From a phage, in NCBI GenBank assembly GCA_033664045.1, contig GCA_033664045.1_3674.1: 64,000 nucleotides of DNA, one strand, 5' to 3'. Made by a program: the position numbers and the translations under genes. The notes beneath the pieces were generated by a model. That model did not search any database, was not told where the DNA came from, and saw only the letters and a program-made list of their open reading frames with translations. Positions 9,563-18,657 of this stretch are shown piece by piece (within the stretch, counting starts at the first letter, position 1; each line of letters opens with the position of its first letter).

Positions 9563-10746
9563 TGTCAAGAAACGTATTTGAAAGTGGTCAAATCACTGTC
9601 CGTGAGTTGCCAGCTATCATTCAGTTCGCCCAGCGTCATAACCGATCTGTCCTGATTTTAGGACCAATGGGCGTGGGTAAGAGCCAGGTGATGAAGCAGA
9701 TTGCAGATAATATGTTCGGTGAGCGAGATGACAACCTGGTTGACGTGCGACTGTCAGATAAAGATCCTGCTGACTTATCTGGGCTACCTATCCCTGTAGA
9801 AGCGGATGGAACTACACGTACAGTGTTTGCAATTCCAGAATTTTGGCCTGCAGATCCGGACTGGAGCGGAATTATCTTTCTAGATGAGCTTACCCATGCA
9901 GATAATTACCTGCAGAAGGTTGCAATGCAAATTATGCTCGACCACAAGTGCGGCACTTATGCATTCCCTAAGGGCTCTGTTTTTGTAGCTGCAGGTAACC
10001 GTTCTACAGATGGTGCTGTTCTTTCAGCGCTTGAAGCACCTCTGGCTAACCGCTTTATCATTGTAGAGGTTACAAGCAATGCAGAGGTGTTTATTGAGGA
10101 CTATGCATTCCTCAACGGGGTGCACTCCTCTGTAATTGGGTATTTGAAAAGAGTTCCATCAGCTATCGATAATTATGAGGCTATGGCTGAGATTAATTGT
10201 CCATCTTTTGCCACACCGCGATCTTGGGTTGCTGCATCTGATATCTTGCACGATTTTGACAGCGGTATTATTTCTGACGCTATGGCCCGTGTTCTTCTGC
10301 AAGGTGCTATTGGTCACACTGCAGCGGTAGAGATCTGGACTTACCACACCAAAAAACGCAACTTACCGGAAATCGGTCGGATTATGGCAGGAGGTTGCAA
10401 AGAATACGTAGGTCCTAAACAGCCAGACATCTTGTGGATTCTTGGATCTGAAGGTTGTATCGCTATTCGTAATATGATGGAAAATGCAAGTATCTCCGAC
10501 GAAGATCTTGTTAGCTGTGTGGCAAACTTCCTCGATTTCCTTTGGGAAAATTTCAAGGACGAGAACCGAGATTTTGTATTCTCAGTCTTTATGGCGATGA
10601 TGAAACCTAATGCCTTAGGAAATGCCTTGCTTATCGGTAAAGGGCGTGACAAGATTGTTGCTCAGCTGATCAAAGCATACCCAAACCTGATGAAGATTGT
10701 AAAAGAGTTTGGTGAAGAGTTTAGCGCCATTTTGGCTAAAGCTTGA
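9562..10746 (+). CDS. MoxR-like AAA+ ATPase
   Basis: Walker A GPMGVGKS, Walker B IIFLDEL, sensor/Arg-finger-like AAGNRS and LANRF. Confidence 0.8.
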   Translation: MSRNVFESGQITVRELPAIIQFAQRHNRSVLILGPMGVGKSQVMKQIADNMFGERDDNLVDVRLSDKDPADLSGLPIPVEADGTTRTVFAIPEFWPADPDWSGIIFLDELTHADNYLQKVAMQIMLDHKCGTYAFPKGSVFVAAGNRSTDGAVLSALEAPLANRFIIVEVTSNAEVFIEDYAFLNGVHSSVIGYLKRVPSAIDNYEAMAEINCPSFATPRSWVAASDILHDFDSGIISDAMARVLLQGAIGHTAAVEIWTYHTKKRNLPEIGRIMAGGCKEYVGPKQPDILWILGSEGCIAIRNMMENASISDEDLVSCVANFLDFLWENFKDENRDFVFSVFMAMMKPNALGNALLIGKGRDKIVAQLIKAYPNLMKIVKEFGEEFSAILAKA

Positions 10747-10755
10747 GGAGGTTGT

Positions 10756-11136
10756 ATGGCTAAAGTAGGTAAGCGGGGAAACTACTTGGTAGTATTGACC
10801 GAGGAGCCGGAGAAGGAGTACGAATGCAGCTCCACTTGCGTGATCGATATCCGAGAAAAAGATGTAGATGAAATCTGGTTTGAAATATTAGATGCTTGCG
10901 ACAGCAGTGATTATTTCTTCATCTATGTCAACGATAAAGCTGGGTTCTTCCATGACGACGGAGAGTTGCCGTATGAAATCTATGAACTTGTAGAGGCTTG
11001 CCATCGTGGAGATGCGGAGTTGTTTGGCTTACGGCTGAAAAGCGGTAAATTCTTCTATCAAGATGAGTGCATGAATCTTCATAACTTTGTAGAGGGAACT
11101 TGCAACGATGGAGAGATTTTGGCACACTACGATTAA
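10756..11136 (+). CDS. Hypothetical protein
   Basis: GAGGAGG site; terminator follows. Confidence 0.55.
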   Translation: MAKVGKRGNYLVVLTEEPEKEYECSSTCVIDIREKDVDEIWFEILDACDSSDYFFIYVNDKAGFFHDDGELPYEIYELVEACHRGDAELFGLRLKSGKFFYQDECMNLHNFVEGTCNDGEILAHYD

Positions 11137-11148
11137 TTTCTAAGACCA

Positions 11149-11175
11149 CCCCGCTTCGGCGGGGATTTTCTATTT
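11149..11175 (+). terminator. Rho-independent terminator
   Basis: CCCCGC-TTCG-GCGGGG hairpin followed by ATTTTCTATTT. Confidence 0.65.
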
Positions 11176-11184
11176 GGAGTTATT

Positions 11185-11685
11185 GTGAAAATTAAGATCT
11201 TTGCTATTATTTTGAGCGCATTTTTATCGCTGCCTGTTGTTGCAGCACCAAAACAAAAAGTATACCATACTTGCAAGCCATCAGATACTAAGGAAAACAT
11301 TCTAGCATGCAATATCTACAGGGAAGCTAGAGGGGATGGCACGATGGGTATGCTGGCATCTGGGTTTGCCACATTAAACAGGAAATCTCACCCTAAATAC
11401 CCAGACACTATAAGAAAGATTGTCTACCAGCCTAACCAGTTTTCGTGGACAAACCACGGCAAAACTTTTAAGGTGACAGAAAAAGATTCATGGGATCACG
11501 CTAAAAGTCTTGCAAAGATGCTTCTAAAGGTCTACAATAACAACCATGTTGCATACATGGCTATGGACATAACAGGTGGAGCAACACACTACCATACAAC
11601 CAAAGTACGACCGAAATGGGCAAAAAAGATGCAGAGGACAGCTCAATTCGGGAGTCATATCTACTACAAGGAGCGCAATAAATGA
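11185..11685 (+). CDS. Secreted SleB-like cell-wall hydrolase (Hydrolase_2 family)
   Basis: N-terminal signal peptide MKIKIFAIILSAFLSLPVVAA; NIYREARG…LNRKSHPKYPDTIRKIVYQPNQFSW matches conserved SleB/CwlJ motifs; GTG start. Confidence 0.6.
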   Translation: MKIKIFAIILSAFLSLPVVAAPKQKVYHTCKPSDTKENILACNIYREARGDGTMGMLASGFATLNRKSHPKYPDTIRKIVYQPNQFSWTNHGKTFKVTEKDSWDHAKSLAKMLLKVYNNNHVAYMAMDITGGATHYHTTKVRPKWAKKMQRTAQFGSHIYYKERNK

Positions 11686-13664
11686 TTGTAAACAGTAATG
11701 AAACTAAAGCAGTACTAACCGGAAATATGGAGGTCACCAGGGGCTCAATTTCTCTGAACAAAGAGACTTTTGGGCTAATCATTAAAGGGATTTACGAAGA
11801 TAAGGTGCTGGCAAGCTGCCGTGAACCAATCTTCAATGCTGTGGACTCTCATGTTGAGTCTGGACGGAGTGATGTACCGATCATCATTCACTCTCCTACA
11901 GACCTTGAACCATACTTCTTTGTGCAGGACGTTGGATTGGGCATGTCAGAAGAGATGGTCCGCAACACGTTCATGAACCTTGGAGAGTCAACCAAACGCA
12001 ACAGCAACGCCCTGGTAGGTAATAAAGGTGTTGGCTCAAAGGCTCCGTTCAGCATGGTGGACACTTTCGATGTTATCAGTGTGCACAATGGTGTTGAAAG
12101 CACATATCTATTGTTCTTGGATCAGGGTATCCCAAACGTTACCAAGATCCGAGAGCGGAAGACTGAAGAGCACAACGGGGTAAAAGTTCAGTTCCATGTT
12201 AAGAAAGAGCATGTCCTGAAATATCGCACCGCTATTGCATCATGCCTACGCTATGCAAAATTCCCGTTCACCGTCACTGATCCGATGACGAGCAAGATGC
12301 TAGAGGGTGACAAGGTAGAGGCGCAATACTATTACGAAAAAGATGGTTGGAAGATGACCATCTTGAAGGGCTATACCAGCTCTGACGAGAGTCGTGTGGT
12401 AATGGGCCACCAACCTTACCGCTCTAAGTTCCTGGAGACATTGACCGATTACCCTGCAATCTGCGTGGAAATTCCTATTGGGGATTGCAATATTAACCCT
12501 GGGCGTGAATGGACCATAGAGGGCCATGACGACGGTGGATTCCAGGATCGCCTGGAGGCCTTTGTCAAAGAAGGTATACGTCTTCGCGGGGCAGAAGTTG
12601 TTGCAGAACTGGAGACGGCAAAAACCTCCGCAGAAGCACGTGAGATGATGAAGAACAGTGGAGTGTTCGGGCACATCTTCGGTAAGAATTTTATGTGGGA
12701 CCGATGGGAAGAGACAGGACTAGGAAGTTTGGGAGATTGTGAGATCTTCGCTGGAGGCTTAAATAAAGGCCGCATAGGTTACGCTTGTTACGGAAAGGTA
12801 GAATTCTTACGGGGAGTCTATTTAGTATTTAACGACGGAGACGGCAAATATAACCGAAATAAGTGTAACTACTTAAGCGAGATCACCGGACGCAACGTTT
12901 TCTATTGCCGTAACACGGATCTGGTGAAAGAGTTTAAAGAGGCGGCACACCATCCGTTCTTTGCAGATACGGTAAAATTGTTATCAGAGCTACCTCGCCG
13001 ACCTGCGAAGAAAGGTGAAACAAAAACTCATTATGAGCCAGGTTATTGGGTTAAAAAACTTGAGAAGGATGGTTACTTCCGTCGTGAGCGTATTACTAAG
13101 GCAGAGTTCAAGAAGATTAAGCACTGCATTCCTTATGAGGGTGATATCCAACGTGGAAGTTGTTGGCTGGGACAGCTGAGTAACATCTACCAGCAAAATT
13201 ATGATCGTGTGCGTGCGGCACTCCAGATTCCTGAAGGGGAAGATCTGTACCTGGTATCAGAATCCCGTCTGCTTTGGACTGATCCTGATTGCCAGTATGT
13301 TACAGAGAAAAATGTGGAACATTTGTTGAAAGAGGACGCCTGGAAATTCTTACTGACTCGCGCAGCAAATGAAACTTCATATGACAGCCTGTATAGACAA
13401 TTAGGGAAAATTATCCCCATGCAAGATTTTGGAAATTATCGGCCACATTTCCACAAGTGGGAAGGTAACACCGCGTGGAAGCACAGTGAGCTAAATCATC
13501 GTGCCAAAATCTTAATCGCCAACCGAGTCAAGTGCGGGAAGGCCTATATTGCAAGATTGGAAAAGAAATACCCACTTTTGAAGCATGTAGGCTTGAAATA
13601 TTGGGACACTCCTGCTATGATTGAATACCGTGAACTGATCGATACAAAGAATAACATCAAATAA
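11682..13664 (+). CDS. GHKL/Hsp90-like ATPase domain protein, possibly rIIA-like
   Basis: N-box REPIFNAVDS, G1 box DVGLGMS, G2 box GNKGVGSKAPF; 660 aa; followed by a 401-aa partner as in rIIA/rIIB. Confidence 0.55.
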   Translation: MIVNSNETKAVLTGNMEVTRGSISLNKETFGLIIKGIYEDKVLASCREPIFNAVDSHVESGRSDVPIIIHSPTDLEPYFFVQDVGLGMSEEMVRNTFMNLGESTKRNSNALVGNKGVGSKAPFSMVDTFDVISVHNGVESTYLLFLDQGIPNVTKIRERKTEEHNGVKVQFHVKKEHVLKYRTAIASCLRYAKFPFTVTDPMTSKMLEGDKVEAQYYYEKDGWKMTILKGYTSSDESRVVMGHQPYRSKFLETLTDYPAICVEIPIGDCNINPGREWTIEGHDDGGFQDRLEAFVKEGIRLRGAEVVAELETAKTSAEAREMMKNSGVFGHIFGKNFMWDRWEETGLGSLGDCEIFAGGLNKGRIGYACYGKVEFLRGVYLVFNDGDGKYNRNKCNYLSEITGRNVFYCRNTDLVKEFKEAAHHPFFADTVKLLSELPRRPAKKGETKTHYEPGYWVKKLEKDGYFRRERITKAEFKKIKHCIPYEGDIQRGSCWLGQLSNIYQQNYDRVRAALQIPEGEDLYLVSESRLLWTDPDCQYVTEKNVEHLLKEDAWKFLLTRAANETSYDSLYRQLGKIIPMQDFGNYRPHFHKWEGNTAWKHSELNHRAKILIANRVKCGKAYIARLEKKYPLLKHVGLKYWDTPAMIEYRELIDTKNNIK

Positions 13665-13674
13665 GGAGACCAAG

Positions 13675-14880
13675 ATGATTTTCATCTACGAACATTTCAA
13701 AACCCGTAAAGAAGCACGAGACCGCCGTGCAGAACTGGAGAAAAAGGGTTTCACATGTGCCATTGAGAAAGGCGACACAACCTGGACACTGGCAGTGGGT
13801 GCCCCAGAGTTGTTCGATCCTGACCGTGACAGCGTCTGCTACACCCGTGAGGATTTTGAAACCCGCGAAGAGGCCCGTTTATTTCGATATGGTCTGGAAG
13901 ATAACGGCAAGTACGCTATGATCTTAGATTTAGGCGAAGGTTCCGTTAAACGTTGGGGCGTGGTATATCCCCTGTGTGTTGTTCACGGTGTGGGGTTCAC
14001 TGGGGTGGCAATCAAGTCAGAAGAACCTTTAGTAGAAGTCAAAGATCCGGTGCTGGAGGTGGTGAGCAGTGTGTCTCAGCAACAGACTCGAAGCATCGAG
14101 CCTTTGGTAGTTATTTGTGGGGAACTCCTCCAGATCACCTGCAACGAAGGTATTTTTGAAATTCGCCGCAGTGAAAGTGAGGAAGTTTACCAGAAAGTCT
14201 TCGACCATATCTCTGTTCAGGAATATGATGAGGCAATTGGTGAAATCCTTGTCTGGCTGGAACGCAAGAATGAGTTCACCACACTTGCAGACAACCTGAT
14301 CATGAAAGATGGTAAGCTCTACTACTACGGTGTAGAGATGCGATCCACCATTGCAAAGAAAATTGAGAAAGACTATGCAGACGGAACACTGGATGACCGC
14401 TATGTGAAATTCCTCGTTCGCCTGCTACGCAATCCTTCTGCAAAATCTGTAAACATGCTCTACGATTTTATGCAGGCCAACGATATCCAGATTGCAGAAG
14501 ATGGTCGAATCGTTTGCTACAAAGGTGTTCAGTTTAACGGCAGCAAGTGGGTGGATTGGCACAGTGGTAAAGTTCCACAATACCAGGGTGCTTTTGTATC
14601 CATGCCTCGTAACTTTGTAGAGGATGATCCGGAAGCTGCGTGCTCCTATGGCTTACACTGCGCCAGCAAAGAGTATGCAAAAAGCTACGGCACTGTAATG
14701 ACTGTTATGGTTGACCCTGCAGATGTGGTTAGTGTGCCATACCAACACAATAGCGCCAAGTGCCGTGCATGCCGCTATGAGATTGTGGTAGCTCCGGAAG
14801 CACGCAAGGACGGAGACCCGATTGAATACGTGGTTGACAGAGATGGTAACACTATCGACATTCTTTACGAGGAGGTGTAA
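13675..14880 (+). CDS. Hypothetical protein with N-terminal tandem repeat, possibly rIIB-like
   Basis: Track ORF; two repeats FKTRKEARDRRAELEKKGF / FETREEARLFRYGLEDNGK; translationally coupled to both neighbours. Confidence 0.5.
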   Translation: MIFIYEHFKTRKEARDRRAELEKKGFTCAIEKGDTTWTLAVGAPELFDPDRDSVCYTREDFETREEARLFRYGLEDNGKYAMILDLGEGSVKRWGVVYPLCVVHGVGFTGVAIKSEEPLVEVKDPVLEVVSSVSQQQTRSIEPLVVICGELLQITCNEGIFEIRRSESEEVYQKVFDHISVQEYDEAIGEILVWLERKNEFTTLADNLIMKDGKLYYYGVEMRSTIAKKIEKDYADGTLDDRYVKFLVRLLRNPSAKSVNMLYDFMQANDIQIAEDGRIVCYKGVQFNGSKWVDWHSGKVPQYQGAFVSMPRNFVEDDPEAACSYGLHCASKEYAKSYGTVMTVMVDPADVVSVPYQHNSAKCRACRYEIVVAPEARKDGDPIEYVVDRDGNTIDILYEEV

Positions 14881-16250
14881 TGGAAAAAGGGCAGTATGAT
14901 GTAGGCACAGATGCTGCCCTCGTTGCAATCATGAGCGGTGAGAATGTCTTCGTTTCAGGACCCGCAGGTTGTGGGAAGACGTACCTCATCAACATGATCC
15001 AGTCAATGTATGGAGACTCTTGCATAACGGTTGCCCCGACAGGGGTAGCCGCTTTAAACGTTAATGGAGCAACAGCACACCGAACCTTCGATCTTGCAGC
15101 AGGTGTGAGCATGGAGTCAGACTGGACCGCAATAAGGGCAAAAACAGCAAAGCCTTTGAAAAGCAAGGCATTTACCATCCTAATTATCGATGAAATCTCT
15201 ATGATCCGTGCTGATAAGTTTATAGAGATGGATAGGAAACTTCGCTTCCTTCGAAAAAATGACAAACCTTTCGGAGGCATACAGGTCATATTGTTTGGCG
15301 ACTTTTACCAGGCACCTCCTGTTGTCTCTTCTATGGAGAAGGAAGCCTACTTCAACTTCTACCATACGGACCTGTGTTGCTATACCGAATCTTGGAAAGA
15401 GCTTGACCTCCACAACATAGCCCTAGTAGATCAGTTCCGACAGGAGTCTATTCGATTTGCCACAATGCTCAACTGTGTTCGTGAGGGTCGTCGCATAAAA
15501 GAGGTTGTAGCAGAGCTTAATGCTCGCTGTTACAAAGGCGGTGTACCAACAGACGCTCTCACAATTTGCGCCACCAACAAACAAGCAGAGGAAGTGAACA
15601 GAAGGTTCTATGATGCCATCAACGCCCCAGAGAAGGTATACACTGGTGAAATGAAGGGTAAGTTTCCCTCCACCCTACCAGTTGAGCAGGAGATGAAGTT
15701 GAAAATTGGCATGAAAGTTATGATAACCGCCAACGATGTTGACCCAACGCACAAAGTACCTTATTATGTTAACGGAACACGTGCCACAATTGTTAAATTT
15801 AAGAACAAGGCAGTGGTGGTAGAGCTTGAAGATGGAACACAGGTTGACATAGAGCAGATGTTGTGGGAGAATAACGAATATAAGCCATCTCAGAGATACA
15901 ACATTGCAGAAAGGAAGATGGAGAAGTTTATAGAGAGGGTAGTGATCGGGTCATATAAGCAACTCCCTCTGAAATCTGGGTACGCCGTAACATCTCATAA
16001 AAGTCAAGGACTTACACTAGATTGTTACAACCTAGACCTTGGAAAGAACGGAGCTTTCTCTCCTGGGATGACGTATGTCGCTTTGAGTAGAGTTAAGACA
16101 ATACAAGGAATAAACTTGTTGCGTCCACTAAGAGAGGTTGACATTATTGTTGACCCGCGAGTCGTAGAGTTTTACAATACAACATTCCCTGACTTAGACA
16201 AAATTGTCAGGAAAGATTTTGAAACCAGAGCCGAAGAGGGGGACGTATGA
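14880..16250 (+). CDS. Pif1/RecD/Dda-like DNA helicase
   Basis: Walker A GPAGCGKT, Walker B LIIDEISM, GDFYQAPPV, VTSHKSQGLT. Confidence 0.85.
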   Translation: MEKGQYDVGTDAALVAIMSGENVFVSGPAGCGKTYLINMIQSMYGDSCITVAPTGVAALNVNGATAHRTFDLAAGVSMESDWTAIRAKTAKPLKSKAFTILIIDEISMIRADKFIEMDRKLRFLRKNDKPFGGIQVILFGDFYQAPPVVSSMEKEAYFNFYHTDLCCYTESWKELDLHNIALVDQFRQESIRFATMLNCVREGRRIKEVVAELNARCYKGGVPTDALTICATNKQAEEVNRRFYDAINAPEKVYTGEMKGKFPSTLPVEQEMKLKIGMKVMITANDVDPTHKVPYYVNGTRATIVKFKNKAVVVELEDGTQVDIEQMLWENNEYKPSQRYNIAERKMEKFIERVVIGSYKQLPLKSGYAVTSHKSQGLTLDCYNLDLGKNGAFSPGMTYVALSRVKTIQGINLLRPLREVDIIVDPRVVEFYNTTFPDLDKIVRKDFETRAEEGDV

Positions 16251-16588
16251 GTTTGTGGAGAAATATAGTTAACTACGTGTGCGGCAATCCAACTCCTGAA
16301 GAGAAGGATGTTGTGATTCACGATTTTACTAAAAGATCTCGTGAAAAAGATCTACTGCTAACAAAGGTGACTGATAAAGATCCTGCAGTAGGGGACTGGG
16401 CAGGTTTTGCGTTTACATCGGACAAATACACCTTTAACAAAGGTGACTACCTTGTTGTAGATTTTAACGAAGACATCGAGGGTGCTGAACCTTACTATCA
16501 GACCCTTATTGTTGCAGGGTGTGTTGATCTCTCTGCAGGCATGCACAGTTTGATTCTTTTTGAGCTTGACTCTGAAGACCTTGAGTAG
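16247..16588 (+). CDS. Hypothetical protein
   Basis: Track ORF; 4-nt overlap with helicase. Confidence 0.5.
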   Translation: MSLWRNIVNYVCGNPTPEEKDVVIHDFTKRSREKDLLLTKVTDKDPAVGDWAGFAFTSDKYTFNKGDYLVVDFNEDIEGAEPYYQTLIVAGCVDLSAGMHSLILFELDSEDLE

Positions 16589-16648
16589 TAAGATGTGAGT
16601 ATAAAGGGGAGGCACTCCTCCCCACAAAAACTAAGGAAGCACTAAACG

Positions 16649-16951
16649 ATGAAACGTTATAAACCATACACTTTTGAAATCGATTTCGAACTTGACGATA
16701 TGTTTACTGTAGAAGCTCAGGCAGTTGTCCAGTTGCCAGACCCGGAGTGCCGTGATTCTGATGTTGACTATTACGGATTTAGACAAATTACCGATGTGCA
16801 TGTTTACCACAACGGTGAAGAGGTGGACTTCCACCAACTGCCAAACGATTTGCGACACTCAATTTACAAACGTGCAGCCCGTGAACTAGAGTCCTATCTG
16901 GATGCAGCGACGACAGCAGCTGCATTTGCTGAAGAAGTGGGAGGTTTCTGA
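16649..16951 (+). CDS. Hypothetical protein
   Basis: Track ORF with ribosome-binding site. Confidence 0.5.
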   Translation: MKRYKPYTFEIDFELDDMFTVEAQAVVQLPDPECRDSDVDYYGFRQITDVHVYHNGEEVDFHQLPNDLRHSIYKRAARELESYLDAATTAAAFAEEVGGF

Positions 16952-17349
16952 TGATTACAGGTGTGAAGATTATCCAATACCACTTAACCAAATTGGAAGA
17001 TGCTGAAAAAGAGCTTGCAGAAGTTCTGAATAGTGGATATACTTTACTATCATGCGCCTGCTCAGACACCTACGTTGTGTGGACACTTATCCGGAAGGAA
17101 GAGCCTGCGGGGATCTTGGTGCCAAACCCTAAGATCCTTAGTGAGGTGGATGACTACGCTCAGGACGGCCTGCCAGAAGGCTGGGAAGTATGGGAAGGTG
17201 GTGAAAACCCTGCACCAGGTAAGTGGGTAAAATACAAACTACGTAGCGGTGCGCAGTACGCTGACTACTCTGATGACCTAGACTGGAGTCATTCTTCACC
17301 AGGATCGTCTGCAAGTTCATATGATATCGTTGCTTTTCAGGAAGAATAA
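16951..17349 (+). CDS. Hypothetical protein
   Basis: Track ORF. Confidence 0.5.
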   Translation: MITGVKIIQYHLTKLEDAEKELAEVLNSGYTLLSCACSDTYVVWTLIRKEEPAGILVPNPKILSEVDDYAQDGLPEGWEVWEGGENPAPGKWVKYKLRSGAQYADYSDDLDWSHSSPGSSASSYDIVAFQEE

Positions 17350-17361
17350 GGAGATAGTGTT

Positions 17362-17844
17362 ATGTCAGATTTTATGTGGAAAGTAGGTTACGCAGCTCCT
17401 GAAATGTGTGAGGCTTGCTTTGTGAAAATAGGCCGCGAGGATATCGACAAAGTGATCCTTAAGTTTCGTGATGTAGCTGTGATCGGCAACCGAGTGCTTA
17501 AGCACTTAAAGAATCTGAAGCTCACCAAAAAGAAGTTCTTCGGACTTTTCGAAGAGAAAGTTGATGCTTGGACCCATTGCATTCAGGAAGCTAAATCTCA
17601 CTACAGTGCTATCGTTACCCCAGAACGGGTAGCCAAGATGGAAGGACTCATCAACAGCACAGAGTTTGAGTGCCTAAAGGCTGCCCTTGATAGTTATCCG
17701 AAATGCCTCAAGCACTTGGACAAGTATGTGGAAAAGGATGGGGAAATGTATCTCACCCTGGACGCATATTATGAGATGCAAGAAATTTTAAATTTAGATT
17801 TGACATTGGTATCCACCGAGTATACAATAGGTATCCGGGTTTAA
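17362..17844 (+). CDS. Hypothetical protein
   Basis: AGGAGA site; terminator follows. Confidence 0.5.
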   Translation: MSDFMWKVGYAAPEMCEACFVKIGREDIDKVILKFRDVAVIGNRVLKHLKNLKLTKKKFFGLFEEKVDAWTHCIQEAKSHYSAIVTPERVAKMEGLINSTEFECLKAALDSYPKCLKHLDKYVEKDGEMYLTLDAYYEMQEILNLDLTLVSTEYTIGIRV

Positions 17845-17850
17845 CACTAG

Positions 17851-17878
17851 GCCCTGCCCGAAAGGGTGGGGCTTTTTG
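17851..17878 (+). terminator. Rho-independent terminator (copy 1 of a conserved hairpin)
   Basis: GCCCTGCCC-GAAA-GGGTGGGGC followed by TTTTT; identical 22-bp core at 28658. Confidence 0.7.
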
Positions 17879-17895
17879 CATTAGGAGACAGCAAA

Positions 17896-18657
17896 TTGAA
17901 ATTTATCTACAAAGAACACTACCACAAAGGTGTTGTGTGGAGTCTATTTGACGGGTCTGGTGGTGCAGTCATTGACTGGGCAAAAGCTGGATATCTGTGC
18001 CTGTGCTTTAATGCAGAAGGTGCTGATCACGGCAGCTATGCAGAGGTGATAACCGATCATCCCAACATTCACTACGTGGATTATTGGATTGACCCATGGT
18101 TCCCTCAGGAAACTTTTTGCATGTACCCAGCTCCAGACTTTATTCTTGCATTTCCTCCGTGCACGCATTTAGCGGTATCAGGTGCCGCACATTTTAAGAA
18201 AAAGCTGGCTAAGGACCCCATGATCCAAATTAATGCTGTAAAGGATGCTCGGGTTGCGGAAGAACTGGGAGAGATTTACGATTGCCCGTGGCATGTAGAG
18301 AATCCTGTTGGTGTTATGTCCACACTGTGGCGCAAACCTGATTACCGTTTTCATCCTTCTGACTATGGCGGGTATTTACCGGAGGATGATGTAAACCCCT
18401 GGTTTCCTGAATTTATAGCTCCACGTGATGCCTATCCAAAAATAACTTGCGGCTGGATAGGTAATGGATTTATAATCCCGGCCACAAAACCTGTCCCGCA
18501 AATAGTTGACGCGGTTAGCGGGTATTCCATGCAACACGCCAAGCTGGGTGGAAAGAGTGCAAGAACGAAGATGATCCGAAGCCTTACACCACGTGGCTGG
18601 GCAAAAGCCGTATTCTTAGCAAACGAGCCTGTAGTAAGGAGAAGGGCCAATGGTTGA
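17896..18657 (+). CDS. DNA cytosine-5 methyltransferase-like protein
   Basis: LFDGSGG (motif I-like), FPPCT (motif IV Pro-Cys-like), ENPVG (motif VI ENV-like); TTG start after AGGAGA; short for a canonical enzyme. Confidence 0.4.
   Translation: MKFIYKEHYHKGVVWSLFDGSGGAVIDWAKAGYLCLCFNAEGADHGSYAEVITDHPNIHYVDYWIDPWFPQETFCMYPAPDFILAFPPCTHLAVSGAAHFKKKLAKDPMIQINAVKDARVAEELGEIYDCPWHVENPVGVMSTLWRKPDYRFHPSDYGGYLPEDDVNPWFPEFIAPRDAYPKITCGWIGNGFIIPATKPVPQIVDAVSGYSMQHAKLGGKSARTKMIRSLTPRGWAKAVFLANEPVVRRRANG

Noticed and set aside
12300-12775. Minus-strand ORFs inside the GHKL ATPase gene
   Set aside because: Antisense to a gene with clear ATPase motifs.
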